DNA of 63,909 nt, counting the filler, from Rozella allomycis CSF55 (Eukaryota): NCBI GenBank assembly GCA_000442015.1. It is 8 parts of 8 records of this genome, joined end to end, with 100 filler letters (N's around TTAATTAATTAA, not from the genome) between each part and the next. Parts side by side here need not be neighbours in the genome. Positions count along the whole stretch, not along the records: positions 56,608 to 62,317 come from KE561116.1; positions 62,418 to 63,909 come from KE561120.1; 6 more parts are not named here. One strand, given 5' to 3'. The translations under genes were made by a program, and so were the position numbers. Shown piece after piece: positions 60,915-63,909 of the stretch (positions are counted from its first letter, which is position 1; each line of letters opens with the position of its first letter). The notes beneath the pieces are model-generated. The model was not told the origin of the DNA. It made no database searches and worked only from the letters and a program-made list of their open reading frames with translations.

Positions 60915-61871
60915 ATGTTGAATATCATAAAGAAAAGGAAAAACGAGGCTGGTAACGCGTTTGAAAGAATAGAAGGCNCTGATAACGCGTTTGAAAGAAT
61001 AGAAGCCTTGTTGACGGACATTATGGACGTACTGGAAAAAGAAGAACCTACAATATACGACCTTCTCGAAAAGATGAACGAGATAGGGCGATATCCGATT
61101 TCAAATAAGGAACTTTACGGTGATATTATAAGGCTGAGGTTAAATCAGAAAAAAAGGGAAAGAAGCAAATTTATTAATGAATTTTTCCGGCTCGGGACAA
61201 AAAGAGATATTGAACTTGCTAAACAAAATCCGAATGAAAGGTTGATCGAATCCTTTACAGAAAGGATTGTCTTTCTTTACAATCAATTGGGCAATACAAA
61301 CATGCCATCTAAAATCATTGACACTGTTAAACAAATTAAAAGTGAATTCAATCTAATCCATGATTGCTATAAGCTTTCTGGTAAGTTTAAAATCATTTTT
61401 TGACTAGATGAGGATTCGGAATTCAAAACACGATTGTTAGAAAGAGATTGCGTTGAAGTTGACGGTCAAAAACGCTTTAAATGCATGGTGTCTGGTGCGG
61501 AAATAGACTCTATGTATTTGGATGCTGTTCAAATTATACCTGCTTCAAAATTTGCAAAGATATATAGTCGCATAGAACAATATCTATATAGCATAGAACA
61601 TGGATGTATGGATGTACGAAATGGGCTTATTATGTGCAGAAAATCCCGGGAATTATACGAAAAAGGAATTTTAAAAATTGTTTTTGAAGAAGGAACTCAA
61701 AGGTACAAATGTATCGCTAGCAACGTTGTGGAACAGAATGATATTGACAAAGTTGGTGAATTGGGCTTCCAGAAAGCTGATGATGGGCAATACGTTAAAT
61801 GGATAACGTTTAGGGAAGATAAGAGAGATGAATGGCCCAGCCCAGATATTTTGAAGATGTCACCCCAGTGA
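60915..61871 (+). CDS. HNH endonuclease-like (HNH_2/Crinkler-type) protein with substituted catalytic residues, 1 intron
   Basis: KCMVSG...LDAVQIIP...DVRNGLIMCRKSRELYEKG; GTAAGT...CTAG intron about 61382-61408 links the two ORFs. Confidence 0.7.
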
Positions 61872-62417
61872 TTTATTTTAAGTGGTTTAATAAAATCAGT
61901 CTTTCATTTCGTTTTGCTTTACAATTCCATGCCTAGTTTTGATCCATTATTCCCTTTGAATTCGCGACTATGTCATTTCTACGTATATCAAGTTTTTGGT
62001 TTGGGCTAATTAGGGGGTTTTGTGGACAGGCAAAAAATGAACCATAAAGAATAGAATAGGAATAGAATGTTTGAATGAAAAAGGCGACATTGCCCGGAAT
62101 ATAATACTGTAAATCGCATAATAAAACAAATTAAAAACTTGGGGATGAATAATGATTGAATTGAGGNACACTTGGGAATGAATAATGATTGAATTGAGGT
62201 AGATTCGTATTTGATAAGCATTATGACAATCTACCCAATGATGAAAACGGCTAACCCGCTAGTCAACTTAAAAACTTGGGAATATATTATGACCGAAAGT
62301 GACATCGTAGATTCGCANNNNNNNNNNNNNNNNNNNNNNNNNNNNNNNNNNNNNNNNNNNNTTAATTAATTAANNNNNNNNNNNNNNNNNNNNNNNNNNN
62401 NNNNNNNNNNNNNNNNN

Positions 62418-63909
62418 ATTTGTAAGGCCAAACGGCATTACTAAAAATTCAAACGTTTCATATCTGGTAAGAAAGGCAGTCTTTTCAATTTCAGATTCCT
62501 TGATGCGAACTTAATAATATGCATTGCGTAAGTCAATTCTTGAGAATATTTTGGCTTTTTCAAAGTTATCCAGGAGACTGTCAATTCGAGGAATAGGGTA
62601 TCTATCTTTTACAGTGACATTATTCCGAGCTCTATAATCAACACGAAACCTTAAAGTTCCATCATTTTTAGGAGCAAATAGAATCGGTGCACCCCAAGAA
62701 CTCTTGCTTGGACGAATATATCCCTTTTCCAATAAAGTTTGAATTTGTTTCTTAATTTCTTGATTTTCCAAAGGGGACGTGCGCCTAAGTTTACCGCACT
62801 GTGGTGGACTGTCACCTGTGTTAATTGCGTGATCAATTGTGCGGGCGGGGGGTAACGAAGATGGATCCCGAAAAATATCAGAAAATTTTGATAAAAGATC
62901 ATTCAATTTAGATTGATTAGATTCAGAAAATTTGGATTTTGAAACAAATGAAGATAAATTTACCTGATTCAATTCTAAGTCACATGGTAGTAAGAGAAAA
63001 TATTTTCATGATCCTCAGTGGTTTCAACATTTAATTCTGATAAGGTAAGACGAGAGATGCCAAGTTCCGATAAAGAATTATTCTTTGTACCTTCATTTAG
63101 ACAGAATGGACCCTTAGAGGTGGCAACTATAATCAACCGATACTAGGATTTGTACGATGAAACTAGGGTAAACCAAGAATAATGTCATGCTTAAGATTGG
63201 GAAGGACATAAAAGCTTTCTGATTCACAATATTTTCCAATTTTCAAACTGATTTGATTTGTTTTTGAACTGATATGACCTAACAGCGAATTCTGTCCTGC
63301 GCCAGAGACAGACATGGTTTTCGACAAGGGTTTTGAAAGAATAGAACATTTCTTTACAATATCACCAACAATAAAGTTGTGTGTTGCGCCACAATCTAAC
63401 AAAATTTTCACTTTATGACCATTCACTTTACCATTCAGTTTGAGTAAAGAAGAAGATTGACATTCATTATTATGACTACATACCGGTAGAACATTATTCA
63501 ATTCAGGACCAGGGTCATCAGATGCAGATTCTGAAGAGTCAGATTCACTCTCAGGACTGTCATCGCCATTATTAGTTTCTACATTATTAATGCTTGGTTT
63601 AAATTTAGCTTTAGACTTAATGAACGTTGATTTTGGCTTTCTTTTACACTGGAGGTGACCACAGTTACAAAACTTCCAATAGTGGCCCTTATGGCCGCAA
63701 CAACGACAAACAACGTGCCTCATTTGAACATTATCTAATTCCATGGGTGTTGATTGAGTGCCAAGAGGTGCCTGATGTGGCTGGCTTGTAAATTTCGGAA
63801 AACATGAAATAGAACTACTTGAACTCTTAATACAATGTGCTCACGTGCTATTGTAAACGCCATTTCCAAGGTTGAACAATTTGATGCATTAACTTGACCT
63901 CTTACCAAA
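62418..63909 (-). mobile_element. Ty3/gypsy gag-pol remnant (zinc knuckle, protease, RT), with stops
   Basis: CRCCGHKGHYWKFC, ILLDCGATHNFI, GYIRPSKSSWGAPILF, DRYPIPRID, IDLRNAYY*VRI...KTAF...MPFGLTN. Confidence 0.93.

Noticed and set aside
62511-63165. Probable TGG-to-TAG and CAA-to-TAA stops in retroelements as RIP-like signature
   Set aside because: Too few sites and other substitution types are present; needs multi-copy alignment

Overview
AT-rich, very compact eukaryotic genomic DNA with tiny (mostly 24-30 nt) GT-AG introns. Fungal-type genes plus a flagellar SPEF1 gene suggest an early-diverging zoosporic fungus or cryptomycete such as Rozella (inference). The window is a concatenation of scaffolds: seven artificial 100-nt spacers (N-run TTAATTAATTAA N-run) and many single-N joins, so adjacency across them is not biological. 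Housekeeping genes: NOP2, TTC27/EMW1, TMEM184-like, COG6, SPT6, H2A, VNX1-like exchanger, SPEF1, SAM carrier, PKA-C, SPT20-like, beta-COP, VPS18, NMD3, RPAP3, plus 4 tRNAs (2 truncated by gaps). Accessory content: an F-box-ankyrin array, a signal peptide-F-box protein, secreted Opy2-like Cys-rich proteins, a GH18 lacking catalytic residues, Crinkler-like HNH/REase pieces, a 2OG-Fe(II) oxygenase, and copia, gypsy, LINE, solo-LTR and MITE-like remnants. Most notable: three small clustered proteins sharing a spinophilin/Bni4-type PP1-docking motif (one needing an 18-nt intron), a protein made of three RNase H1 hybrid-binding domains with no nuclease domain, several effector-like secreted proteins, and a saw-tooth G/C strand skew.
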